The notes under the pieces were generated by a model that worked only from the letters and a program-made list of their open reading frames with translations, had not been told where the DNA came from and did no database searches. A DNA stretch of 60,722 nucleotides, filler included, from Sphacelaria rigidula (lineage: Eukaryota): assembly GCA_964200075.2 (NCBI GenBank). It is 6 parts of 6 records of this genome, joined end to end, with 100 filler letters (N's around TTAATTAATTAA, not from the genome) between each part and the next. Parts side by side here need not be neighbours in the genome. Positions count along the whole stretch, not along the records: positions 10,139 to 20,175 come from CAXNAA020007272.1; positions 20,276 to 30,312 come from CAXNAA020007273.1; 4 more parts are not named here. The stretch is one strand, 5' to 3'. The position numbers and the translations under genes were made by a program. Positions 11,640-22,852 of this stretch are shown piece after piece (position 1 is the stretch's first letter; each line of letters starts with the position of its first letter).

Positions 11640-14600
11640 TATAGCTGATTTCGGACTGCTACACGCCTCTCATGTGGGCGAAATTGCTGCAAACGAGCAA
11701 AGTAGTGGGATCGCAGCCGGTTCGTTGCATGGTGCCGGTGCGCGTTTTGTTGGGGGGGCATCTCGGCATTAGTCCCCGGTACCCACCACAACACTCCTTT
11801 GGCTATTCCTACCAACGCTTCACCGTCCAGGTCGTTCTTAGCCAAGGGCAGGATCAGACCTAGCTGCTTATCCTGGGGTTGGGGTCCCCTGACGACCGAT
11901 TCCACCGCCATGCTTACAAATCCATGGATGGAGACGGAACGCTCGGCCAGCCTGATGTTCCACTCTCTCGTGCCGTCGTCTTCCCAGGCAATGTCGCTGT
12001 AGCTGGGGAACTTACAGGGCGCGGCAAGAGACACGGCTGGCGAACAAACTTCGTTGAGCGTTTCAAGGGCCGAGATGTTCGATTTAGCATGTCGGGGGCT
12101 ATCATTGGTCAAAAACGGGATCCACGCTGCGGACGGGGTGGGGCGAAAACCTCCTGTGGCTTTGAACTCGAGAGTGCTACGGTTTGCCCTGTGAACCTCT
12201 GCCCCAAGAATGAACCCGTAAGGTAGGTCCTCTACCACCCCGACTGTTACTTCACGAACGCGAGTATCCTTAGCGAACAAGACAGGTATCACGACTGATC
12301 CAACTATAGACATCGGGGGTACCTTACTCCGTGACGGGTTGGCAGCGGGAAGGGCGCCAGCATTGTTTGTGTCTAGCTTGGTATGTATTACTTCTGCTTT
12401 AATGAGGCAACGCCACAAAAACCCAGACATGTAATTGCCCTCACCTGCCCCGGTGCCCAAAAGTACCTCGAGTGGCCACGACTTCCGAGCCCAGTTCCGG
12501 TGCCAGATCTTTCCCGCCACCCACAGTTGGTTACCGAGACGGCCCGCGATTGTTGCAAAGTCCTCCTCTAGCAGGTTCCCCAGGTTGAGAATACCTGGGG
12601 CGTCCCCTCACCTTTCACTGTTGCTTTCGGAGGGCGCCCCTTCGAATTCGTTTTCTTCGTCCTCCCGTCCACCATCGCTACCCTCGTTGATCAGGCCCAT
12701 GTCGATCGCCGTTGGGATTCCGTAAGGGTCGCGAGTCGCCTTCGGGGGACAGCGGCTCTCCGGCGGGCTTTGATGTTCCTGTAGTGAGCCGGCGATATAA
12801 TACCGTGTGTGTACGGACAGGAAGTGCCATCGCGGCGGCGGCAGGTACCTGTGAAAGCGTGGCCGAAGCAGATCTTGTCCCTGCGGAGGTAATCGATGAC
12901 CTCTTCTCGGTCGCCCGTCGGGGAGGGGGCGGCTTGCTGGTCTCGGGTGCTCACAGCCGAGGATGAACTTGGTGGCGGGGTTGGTGCAGCAGACGACGAA
13001 GACACTCCTCTCGCGGCCGCTGCCCAACCTTGACTCTGAACTTCTCTGGCCGACCGTTGTTTCTGCTCCACGAAAGGAACACCGTGCTGTCCTGGGATGG
13101 CCCCTGGTGTATTGTTGAATGCTGCCGCCAGGGCCGGTGTCTGCTGTTGAGCGCGCTTGTTCGACTGCGGTTGCGCGTACTCTATACGTGGTACGATTCC
13201 GGGAGCAGACCAGAGTCTGCGGCAGGACGGGCCATCCATGCTTCATTTTCACCGCGGAGCGCAACGAAGTGCGCGGGGGACATTTGTTGAATATCCTCTA
13301 GCGAGAAAAGACGATCCGGTCCTACCGTGCGACTTGTTTTTTTCTGGACAGGCTTCCCGTAATGTGACGAGGGGCGTGCGGTAAGAACTCTGATAAACTC
13401 TTCGTACAACCCTTTTGCTACTTCACCACGGTGGCGCATAGGTGCCCCTATGGGGTTTTGCAGCTCCTCTGCCATGCCGGCGAGCTTGGTGTCTGCTACA
13501 CTCATCTTCTCGTGGAGCAGTGATTGCATGCCATCCCTGCGAACTTCATCGGGCGAGACGGTTCGGACGACGCATTTGACACTTTCTACGATAGCCCCTC
13601 CCCAAAAAGTGCATGGTTTTAGGAGGCAAAATCTTCACGTAAATCGAAACGGGAAACGCCGACCACACCGAGAAGATGGGGATTCCCATGCTTGGGTTCG
13701 TTCTAGCCAACGCCGACAATATGANNNNNNNNNNGTGAACCCGAACATCAGACGCTGTATGACCATTTTTTCGTGACACTTTTAGCTGGTTTTGGGGGAG
13801 GCTATCGTAGAAAGTGTCATTTATATAGTTCGTTCAGCTGCTCTTTCGTGATAAAACGCCAGAAAATGTCAATCTCAGTGGCATGCGGACGGCTTGCGGT
13901 AGCTAGGGTGGCTTTGTACGCCAACAAAACTCACTCAGCCACATGCTCCCAAGATTCACCGTTTTTCAGAGTGATCTCCTTCAACGCTTCGTGTGCATTT
14001 TCGGCGGAGTCACTATTGAGAGCTTGTTCACGCACCAACAGACGCAACCAATCGGTAGCCGTGACCTGATCATGGCGGACAATTTCGGTTCCGCCTGAGA
14101 TTCGGTGCACCCGGACATTGGTGCCCGACAGCAGCACTGTGGCAGTAGTGCTACTCTTTGCAAGCGAGTCCAAAAGTAGATCCCGGCGGCGGGGCGAGTT
14201 CAATTTTTGTGTGACCCACCTTCCTCCACCCAGCGGCACGTCTTCGGAGAGCTTCAGCGCTACACGTTCCACGTGACGCAATGTGCTTCAGATCTTCCTG
14301 GAGGAGTACTGCACTGTTCGCTGTAGTTAGCTTACCTGGAGAAGTGCCCGTGTACACTGGCATCTTGGAGGTGTTTGCAATGCGACTCCTCACCCGTTTG
14401 TTCACCTTAGCCAGTTGATTGACTTCGGCCCCTTCCACTCCTTCTTCCTTGCTTCCCTCCGTCTCGTGGCTGTCCCGGGGTGACTGATTGGCACGGTTCG
14501 TCTTGGGACGGCTTGTGGAGCGGTACGTCACGCGGGACAAATTGCGGCGAGAAAGGGCAGAAGGAGAGCGCGAGGGCCGGAGGGATCTACAGCGCGAACT

Positions 14601-14810
14601 ACGGGAGTCCCGTGAATCGGAACGGCTGCGTTGACGGCATTGAAAGCGAGAGCGGGAGCGAGAGTCCCGGGAATCGGAGCGACTGCGGCGTGCCGAGGAG
14701 AACCTGGAGTGGGAGCAGGCGTCTATCGTTCTGCCTTCCTCGTCCCTCACCGCGTTCAGTGCCCCTGCCAGGCTTTTTGTTTTTCCAAGTGTAATATGCT
14801 CTACTCACCA
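11640..14810 (-). mobile_element. Truncated Ty3/gypsy-like LTR retrotransposon (gag + aspartic protease), degenerate
   Basis: Fragmented Gag-like ORFs (14151-14750, 13931-14281, 13182-13529, 12691-13239). A retropepsin-like ORF 11639-12520 follows, with LLGTGAG (degenerate LLDTGA) and V..DLPYGFILG. No RT or integrase in the scaffold. PBS-like TGGTGAGTAGAGC on the minus strand near 14798-14810. Confidence 0.7.
13578..13818. mobile_element. MITE with TIR GACACTTTCTACGATAGCC and 4-bp ATTT target-site duplication, inserted in gag
   Basis: TIRs at both ends; ATTT at 13574-13577 and 13819-13822; internal 10-N gap. A related end occurs at ~40980-40998. Confidence 0.85.
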
Positions 14811-15639
14811 ACTAGTACAGCATGAAACAGTACAGCATGAAACATCGGTGGGACGCGTGTGTTTCGTCAATCCCCATGGTCACGATAAGATGTAACCCAA
14901 GAAAACAGAGATGCGTAACGACACAGTTTTTGTTTGTCCCAATTCAGTATGGGGCAAGAAAACAAAAATCGATGACAACAACAGCAGAGAGAGGGACAAG
15001 GGCGGAGGGCAAGGGGGAGGGACGGAGGCGTCGCATAGATTAGTGCATGTTTTCAATGATAGTCAGCGTTCAAGGACTGATGATCATTTTCAAGGATTCA
15101 CAACCGTGTTATGATGCTTTTCCATTTTGTACATGTTCAGTCCAGGAGGATCGATCATAAATGGTGCTGTCGTTAATCAAAACAACCGCAATAGTGAAAA
15201 GTACGGGTAACCGCGGGCTCAAAACGAAAAAATAGTGAACACCGTCTTATCACCACACAGAGGTGCAATTCAGGGGAACAGCTACGTGGGGACCTCGGTC
15301 GTAACCATTGAGGCACGTATGGTAATGACAATCGTTCATCAACAAAAGCTTATGCGGCCAAAGTGGAGCACGGTACAGGAAGCAGAGTAAAGAACTACTT
15401 GTGACTTCCAACATGCAGGTGTAAGAGGCGTAATGTGCACATGAGGGCTAAAACTAGTCGTCCCTCCACAGGCAGAGCGGTAGCCAGCAAGGTACAACTA
15501 CCCATTGGCGGTAAACGCAAAAATTGCAACGCCCCAGGCGGGACAGTAACCGCAAAGTAGGTAACGGAAAGCACAGCGGAAACAGCCGCAGCAACTGCAA
15601 CAGCCAAGTTGATAGTAGCAGCAACAAAAGCGACAGAAA

Positions 15640-15646
15640 CACAGCA

Positions 15647-15694
<48 letters not shown>

Positions 15695-15860
15695 GCAGCA
15701 ACAACAAGCGACGATGACAGGCAGAAGCAACGCCACCACCACCACCACCACCACCAACAGCAACAGACAATACCAAAAGCGACAAACGGCAGCAACAGCA
15801 CAATAATAGAGACAACAGGCAACAATGAAAACGCAACAAACAAACAACAAACAGCCGCAA
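15640..15860. repeat. CAG/CAA/CAC trinucleotide microsatellite cluster
   Basis: (CAG)n run followed by CAC/CAA-rich sequence. Confidence 0.9.
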
Positions 15861-17559
15861 CAGCAGATACCGACAACACGGCTGCACAACTTCCGCAGCT
15901 GTCTGGAACCTGATGTCCGAAAACGCCCCGAAGTATTTGTAGACCCTCTGGTCCGTTGAACTCGTACCATTCTCGTTCAACCGTATTGCCTTCTATCAAA
16001 ATTGTTATGGCTAGGTCATTTCGCTTTTGCTTTGGACGTCGGCAATGTCTGTTGGGCTTGGTCAAGAGGAGAAATTGTAGCGCGTGCTGATGAACCCTCT
16101 CGGATGAGCTCGTGCATAAAGCCGTTGGTGGCGCTCTGCTTGGGTTGTATGTAACGAAGTGCAAATGCGGCGGGAAACCACGCAATACCAGGCACATACA
16201 GGACGACAGAGCCTACCTAGTTCAATTTACCGCCAGCGTACCCTACCATATGATTGAGGCAATCCGAAAAAAGAGTGCAAGCATACCATGGTGCAGTTGT
16301 TTTTGCTATCGAAACCAATGAGGACGCAGCTGTGAAGCAGCGCGGTTGTATTGTTTCGTACTCGTAGGACGAAGAGCTATATTGCAGTGTGGATTCGCGT
16401 CACATTTGTGCAAAGCACACTATTTACAATATGTAAATGGAGTGACGCGCCAGCATGTAAACTCAAACCTCCCCAAAACAAAATTGTGCAGGCGTATGCT
16501 GATCGTTCGGGGAGCATGCCGGAGTTGACTCTACACAAGCACGGCATTGGACACCATGTCATGGTTCGATACTCACCGCCTAGCTGGGAATGGTGCCAGT
16601 TCAGTGGGCACCTGGGCTAGCGGGCTCAAACACAATCATGAATATCGAAACCATTGAGCTCGACGTTACCGAGTGCAGAGCCAGTCATGTTCGCAGCGTC
16701 GGGCTGCATACCCGATGAGCCGCTCGGACGCCAGAACAACAAATCTTGCATGAAGAACAGGCTTACATTTTGTGAAGACCAGAGAATCCTCTGAGATCGC
16801 AGTCCTTGATAGTGTTGATGCTTCTTGTATTATTGGCAACAGGCTAGTAGCTGCTAATCGCGCGTTGGGACGAGTTCCGAAAAGACTGTGGACGTAGTAG
16901 GGGGGGGATTCTCGGGAACCCAATCAGACTCAGAGAATGGCCCATGACCTGTCGGGCTAAACAAAGCAAGAGTATGACACATGAAGTCTACTCGACTGGA
17001 CAATAACCGATAAATCCGGGACATGTGTCAAGCTTGCTGATCGATTTTCGTCCAACGCGCTTTAGGGGTGACGTGACAAAAATACGCCGTGACGTTGAGT
17101 TGGTAGTGATGATATGAACAATAAACCGGGGCACGGGGAGTTTGGAGGGTTTTGGATAATGAGCGGGGACACGGAGATGGTACTTGCGTGTCTGGGAAGC
17201 TGGCCCCTTGGAAGGTCACTCCTGAATAATGAGATGTTGTGAAGGCTGACAACTGAAGCTGAGGCCAGTAAGACGGGGGAGCCCCTCAACAGCAGTGATC
17301 CAACAGTTCTTCCCCTGGCTGGGGTCACAGCGACTGTCAATTGCCACCTTAGAAAACAAATCGTCGAGTATACAATGGTTGACACCGACAAGTGCACCTG
17401 ACAGGAAGGAAACCCCCACACCGTTTGATGGTGGACAGGTATCGGCCACTGTTGCCACCGGAGATGTTGAAATTCGTTGGCGATGACTGTTGGATGGTAT
17501 GGTCGTGGAAGTTAGATCGGCAATGGTAGTATTAGCTTGGCGTTGATGTCCGTCGAAGT

Positions 17560-17565
17560 TGCTGT

Positions 17566-17643
<78 letters not shown>

Positions 17644-17663
17644 CGTCGATGTTGTCGTTGTCG
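17560..17663. repeat. (TGC)n/(TGT)n microsatellite
   Basis: Direct reading. Confidence 0.95.
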
Positions 17664-17862
17664 CTGTAATCAGTAAGAGGACCGCGTGCTTAGAGGACCG
17701 CGCCGTAGTCCGAAACACCCCAGGATCGACGTTCTGCGAAACCAATCGGGCCACTCCCTGCAGGCACCACGCACCTGACCCTAACCCCAGCACTAACCCT
17801 AACCCTAATCCTAACCATAGGGATGTGGTCCTCTAAGCACGCGGTCCTCTCACGCATTACAG
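17664..17862. mobile_element. 199-bp MITE with ~35-bp TIRs containing telomere-like CCCTAA repeats
   Basis: CTGTAAT....AGAGGACCGCGTGCTTAGAGGACC ... GGTCCTCTAAGCACGCGGTCCTCT....ATTACAG; TCG on both flanks; degenerate CCCTAA units at 17779-17816. Confidence 0.75.
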
Positions 17863-18739
17863 TCGTCATGGTTGTTGTTGTTGCGTTGGCTACAATATCC
17901 CGAATCTTCATGTCGATCAGTGAGGTGACGGCCGCACCACCGTACAGGCCTGTTTCCATTACTGGACTGTCGTCTGGAGTGACGGTCGCGCATAAGATGG
18001 CCTGGTTCCCCACAGGAGTAGCATTTTCCACTCAATTTCGAGGGTTGATTCGAAGATGTCGGTATTGATGCCGCCAGCATCGATGAATCACGGCCATGGG
18101 AACTGCTCGCTGTTACTTTGCGTGCCATTCTATCAAGTCCGGGTCTCGTTCGGCCTTGTATTTTATCTGATTGTAGTTGCTGGTTGGACCCTTGTCATGG
18201 GAAATGGGCTCGCAAATGTGAACGAGGTCGTCTCGCAGCTGGAATAGTTTTGCAAAGAAGACGACCGGATTATGCCCTGGTTACGTGGTCGTGTTGTCCA
18301 CTTGTCTCATGAGTAAGCGGCATCTTTGCTTGGATGAATTCTGGTATTTTGCTGCCAGGTCTTCCCAGGCACATTTGTGTTCAGCAGCGAATCCTGAAAA
18401 TTGAGATCCATCTCGAAAATGAGGTTCAAGTGGTATATCGTTTTTGCAGGGAAGACGCGAAACAGTAGCACAGAGCGAAGGAATCTTTCCCCCCAAAACT
18501 CTGCAACTGTGAATCATCAGTTGTTGCTAAATGCACCGACCGAATGCGGTGTACACGCGTGTCGATGATGACATCACCAGAGAGAGAAGCAACGACAGAG
18601 AGAAAGCTCCTCGCCCGTGTCCTTTGTGCGCCCTCGCCGGGCGATTACCAATCGCTAGAGAGACTGGTATCATGCATGTTACCAGTGCGTGCCGAATTTC
18701 TCATGTGCCTGTAGGTATTCTCAAAGCACATAGAGCTGC

Positions 18740-20175
18740 AGAGAGATTTCGTCGCTTTGTCTGTTGGGGTCGCCAATGCGAAGATCGAGTTCCCTCTGCC
18801 TCTCTTTTTAGACAGGACGCGCTTCTGTGCGCTGAAAAACTGGGCAATGTTCCCGTCACCGCTGCTACTATTCTCTGTCACACACATGCCAGCAAAAACG
18901 ATGCCCTGCGCGGTAAAAATCACAGATGATCCACTTTGAACTTGGGGGGTGTTCTTCATCGTTGATTTTACCCGACATGAGCACAAGAGCCTACCGCAGG
19001 CCAGTTGGGGTGTGTGAGAGAGAGAGAGATCAAAGACTTGTGGAGACCTTCTTGACATGCGGAGTGAAAAACGATACCTATGATGGTGACCTAACTGTTG
19101 CTACCGTGGTGCAGAGGGGTTCGTCAGCTGCAATCTGGAGCTTTCGGTGCTCTTCTCTACTGGTTTCCGTCTGCACAGCTAGTAAGAACATGTGATTACA
19201 TACCCGAATTCGGAACAGCTATTGTTTGAAAAAAAAACAGTTCGGTTTTCGAAACTACGTCCAGATCATTGAGGTGGCTGTTCTCACCGAAGGAACTGAG
19301 GTGGCCGCTTCGGGTCCAATTAAACTTCCGAAGAAACCATCGAACAGCAACACGAAACTTTTCCGGGATCGGCATCGGACAGTGCTCGAACAACGGGACA
19401 GAAATCGACAAGTTGCCGTTCGTATTAGAAAGCAATGCGCATGAAACGCTTTGCAGCTTGGAAAACACGGATTTTGATGGAAATAAACTTCTCCGGGCCC
19501 CCATGTGTGTTGTATCCGCCTGTAAAAGTCTTTCCTCGTTCATCGATGCCTGCCTGTGGGACAGGGAAGCCGTCTTCCCTCGGGTTTTCAGAACCGTTTT
19601 AACTTTGTGGACGCAGATCATAAAAATCAAAGTCTCTAGCTTTCACAGGTCTTGCGACTTCGATGCAGGTTGTTACCGTGACCACGTCCTCCTGACATCG
19701 GAATAATTATTACTCATGGGAAGCTACTCGTACTGTACCGAGCTGTTCACGCGACCAGCGGGTTCTGCACACTGCCTATGCGCCACGCTAGCAACAGTTA
19801 GGTCACCACCATAGGTGTATTTTTTCATTCCACATGTCAAAAAGGTTTCTACAAGTGTTTGATCTGTCATACACCCCCCTCAACTGGCGTGTGGCACGCC
19901 CTTCTGCTCGGACACCCGGGTAGGGGGAGGTCGGTGAAAATCAACGATGAATAACACCCCCTAAGTTCATATTGGATCTATCTGTTATTGCCGCAGCACC
20001 GCGCTTGCTGGCATGTGTGTGACAGAAAACAGTAGTAGCGGTGACGGGAACATCGCCCTATTTTTTCAACGACATGTTTTTCAGCGCACAGAGGCGCGTC
20101 CTGTCCAAAAGAAGAGACAGAGAGTAATCGATCTTCGCGTTGGCGACAGGCAAGAAGAGACGACGGAATCTCTCC
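18740..20175. repeat. Long imperfect inverted repeat (~380-400-bp arms, ~650-bp spacer)
   Basis: 18740-19120 is the diverged reverse complement of 19775-20175 (both arms translate MCVTENSSSGDGNIA). The right arm runs into the scaffold end. Confidence 0.8.
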
Positions 20176-20275
20176 NNNNNNNNNNNNNNNNNNNNNNNNN
20201 NNNNNNNNNNNNNNNNNNNTTAATTAATTAANNNNNNNNNNNNNNNNNNNNNNNNNNNNNNNNNNNNNNNNNNNN
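20176..20275. other. Artificial scaffold linker
   Basis: N44-TTAATTAATTAA-N44. Confidence 0.98.
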
Positions 20276-22852
20276 TGTGCAAAGCGGGATCAATTACATT
20301 ATCCAGCTTGGTCGGAACAGGGGACGATTCATCGGGGCGCGGTGTTGAGTTTGATACGCCAATCAACTCAATACCATCACTAGTTAGGGCCAACATGGGA
20401 GGTTTCGGAGACGATTCGTCAAGACACGGGGTTGGTAAAGCTGTACTGTTCAACCCGGCGTCTATTAAAGGGGCCAACGTGGGCGAGTTAGGAGAGGATT
20501 CGTCTTGCGTAACACTTTGTTTGCCTGGTGACGAACACACGATTGAGGTGTCTTTATGACTAGGATGCGAACGTCCATGAGTCGGCGAAGTCTCTGTCCC
20601 GACAGACGGCAACGCATCATCGGAATTGGATTCTAACGTAGTGCACGCGGGGTGGTCAGGGAGCAGTAGCGATCTGTTTGAAATGTGGGGAGTACCGGCC
20701 TGTTCCACTCTAAGTTTTTCATCGGTCTGAGCCCACACGCAATCTCCTCCTTGGAGTTCACATGCGCTTGCTACATCAGGGTTATCTACATGATCATCTG
20801 GAGGAGCCCGTCTCTGGTGACGCGTATAGTTCACGAAAGGATCGGCGGCTCCAGGAGCTATTGAAATGAGTTCTTGGACAGTCGAACCTGGGTCACGCTC
20901 TTGGCGCACCACCTGAGTCGCTGTCACTTGGGGTTCCATTCCAACCCGCTGAGCGACGGAAAGCATGAGTTCTTTGCGGTTGCGACCCTTCAAGGAATAA
21001 TTACGGTAATCAAATAAAAGGGAACCGGGTACCGTAGTTTTTGCGGAACTCGGTAGGGTGGTTAGCCGGGCACTTGAGCAGTTGGGGGGTGCTCGAGTGT
21101 GAGGCTTCGAATTTTGTGTTCTCCGATGAACGGTCGGAGCAGCAGTGTCTATCGTACCAGAAGATATTTCGGCTCCTGATGCGAAAGAAACTGCACTACA
21201 TGACTTCCTCTCCTTTGAAGGGAGGGGATTCGGTTGAATATGATTAGTACCTGATGAATGTAAAACTGGGTGATCAAATCCAGGGTTAAAACGTTGGGTT
21301 TGGTCATTGCTCAATTGATAGCCATGCAACGGTGCACGGGCTTCGACTGTCTTGGAACCCTTCAAGGCAGTGTCAGCATATCCAGGGAACCCACACCACA
21401 TGGTTGAACCCGTGGTGGCACTGTTGATTCGTGAGTGCGATGTGCGTGACCTGGCCGAGTGAAAACACTTGTTGACATAAAAGTGTTGGGTACTTCTGCA
21501 GTGAATTACCGGTTCGTGTACATTTCTAATTGTGGGATTGTACCAACTAAATAAGAGATGACTTACAGAAGTAGAAAAATAATTAGGCAGGTGGCGGGGC
21601 TTAGCTTTTGGGCTAAACAACGCGTCCTGGGTTACCCCACTGTATGCTACTTGCAATCTCCGCAAATTGTAGAACGTTCCCAAAAGGTTGTCAAGTTGTG
21701 AGGTGAGCATCAGTGCTGCGTGAGTACCGCCCTGGCGGGGTTCAGCCGCGGCACTAGGTCCACTCATGTGTAAACTTCTACCGTTTTGTGAGTGGGCCGG
21801 TGCGTGTGGTTGAAAGTGTGCCAGGTCAGGTGGGTCAGGCGGTGAATCAGTTGTCGCCTTGGGGGCGGAGCAGGCGACCATACGAACGCAGTTGTGATTG
21901 CCAGACTTGCCAACATAGTCCAAAATGATGCGAAGCTCCCAAGTGTCTTCTTGTCAACACTTTACATTTTTGCTCCTCAATTTCCAGAGCCTTTGTGGAT
22001 GTACGTATCGCGCGTTCTAGTTCGTTCTGTTCTGTTGGATTTTTTTCGGGGTGGACATCTACATTATGGGAGGCCTGAGCGGGCTCCTGGACCCTTGTAG
22101 ATACCTGTATGTAGGCGGGAAAATTCCAACTCTCTGTGCTCGAGTTTCATGTGGTGTGCTAGATCGTTTCTGCGGATCTGATCCCAGCACGCTGTTTGTT
22201 CAGCCTCTGAGAAGTTGTACCGATGGCGCGGTGGAATGAAGGCTGGACGCTTTTGCCGAAGCCGGTCGTGTGTTTCGTCATTCGTGGGCAGGCATTGTTC
22301 CAATGTGGGCGACGGATCAAAAGCCAGAGTAGGGCGATCAGAGGATTCCGCACCGGTTTGGGTGCGGAGGTTATCGCCAGGAAAGGTTTTCGTAGCATCA
22401 GGGCTCACGTGAAGAGATGCCATCTGAGAATGAAAAGTGGGAACATCGTCAGTTTTTGGGGTGGCTGCTTGGTGTGTAGTGGTATGTTCACTGAGGCAGG
22501 GGGGGTGAGCATGGGGAGAACTACGGTCCTCATCGAAATCTTCAGCCACATCTCTGAAAATACGTCCTGCAAGAACGCTATCATCGTCGAAACAGTCTGA
22601 TTCGTTGTTGTCAACCGTCTCACTACGCATGGTTTGGGTTGACTTGTACGGTTGTTCACCAGTGTCTGTAGGGATCGCACCGTTCTTCGTAACATCGTGC
22701 TCCGATGAAGTCGAAGGGCGGTTGATATCAGACATTGCTTGTACAACTACGACATTGCGCCAAACCGGTAACGTGGAGATGCAGAGGTTGAAAAGTGAAC
22801 GTTTCGAAGTGGAATTGAGCATCGTTGTTGAGAACTGAGGCGACGTGAACAA
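20276..22852 (-). pseudogene. Large intronless, frameshifted ORF of unknown origin (probably retroelement ORF1/gag-like)
   Basis: ORF 22064-22852 (262 aa), a bridging frame (PTEQNELERAIRTSTKALEIEEQKCK) and ORF 20276-21923 (~549 aa, open to the scaffold end). S/T/P-rich, with a PPDPPD motif and repeated DESSP units. No catalytic motif recognised. Confidence 0.45.

Larger units (their letters stand above)
15950..18500 (-). mobile_element. Highly degenerate Ty1/copia retrotransposon (gag, zinc knuckle, integrase-region relics)
   Basis: AWEDLAAKYQNSSKQRCRLLMRQ (copia Gag-like); GKCYSCGEPGHLMRD (CCHC knuckle, last Cys lost); KARWTKIDQQA and NSGMLP...FWG / NPSRAPPTAL resemble copia pol pieces. Many disruptions; boundaries approximate. 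Confidence 0.65.

Noticed and set aside
15395..16197. Poly-Q/A/C/L ORFs (also at 17512-17836, 41534-42068, 42100-42670, 47951-48520)
   Set aside because: Open frames are produced by trinucleotide and 9-mer repeats in all frames; no coding evidence.
20013..20275. ORFs ending in XXXX-LIN
   Set aside because: These are translations through the artificial linker.
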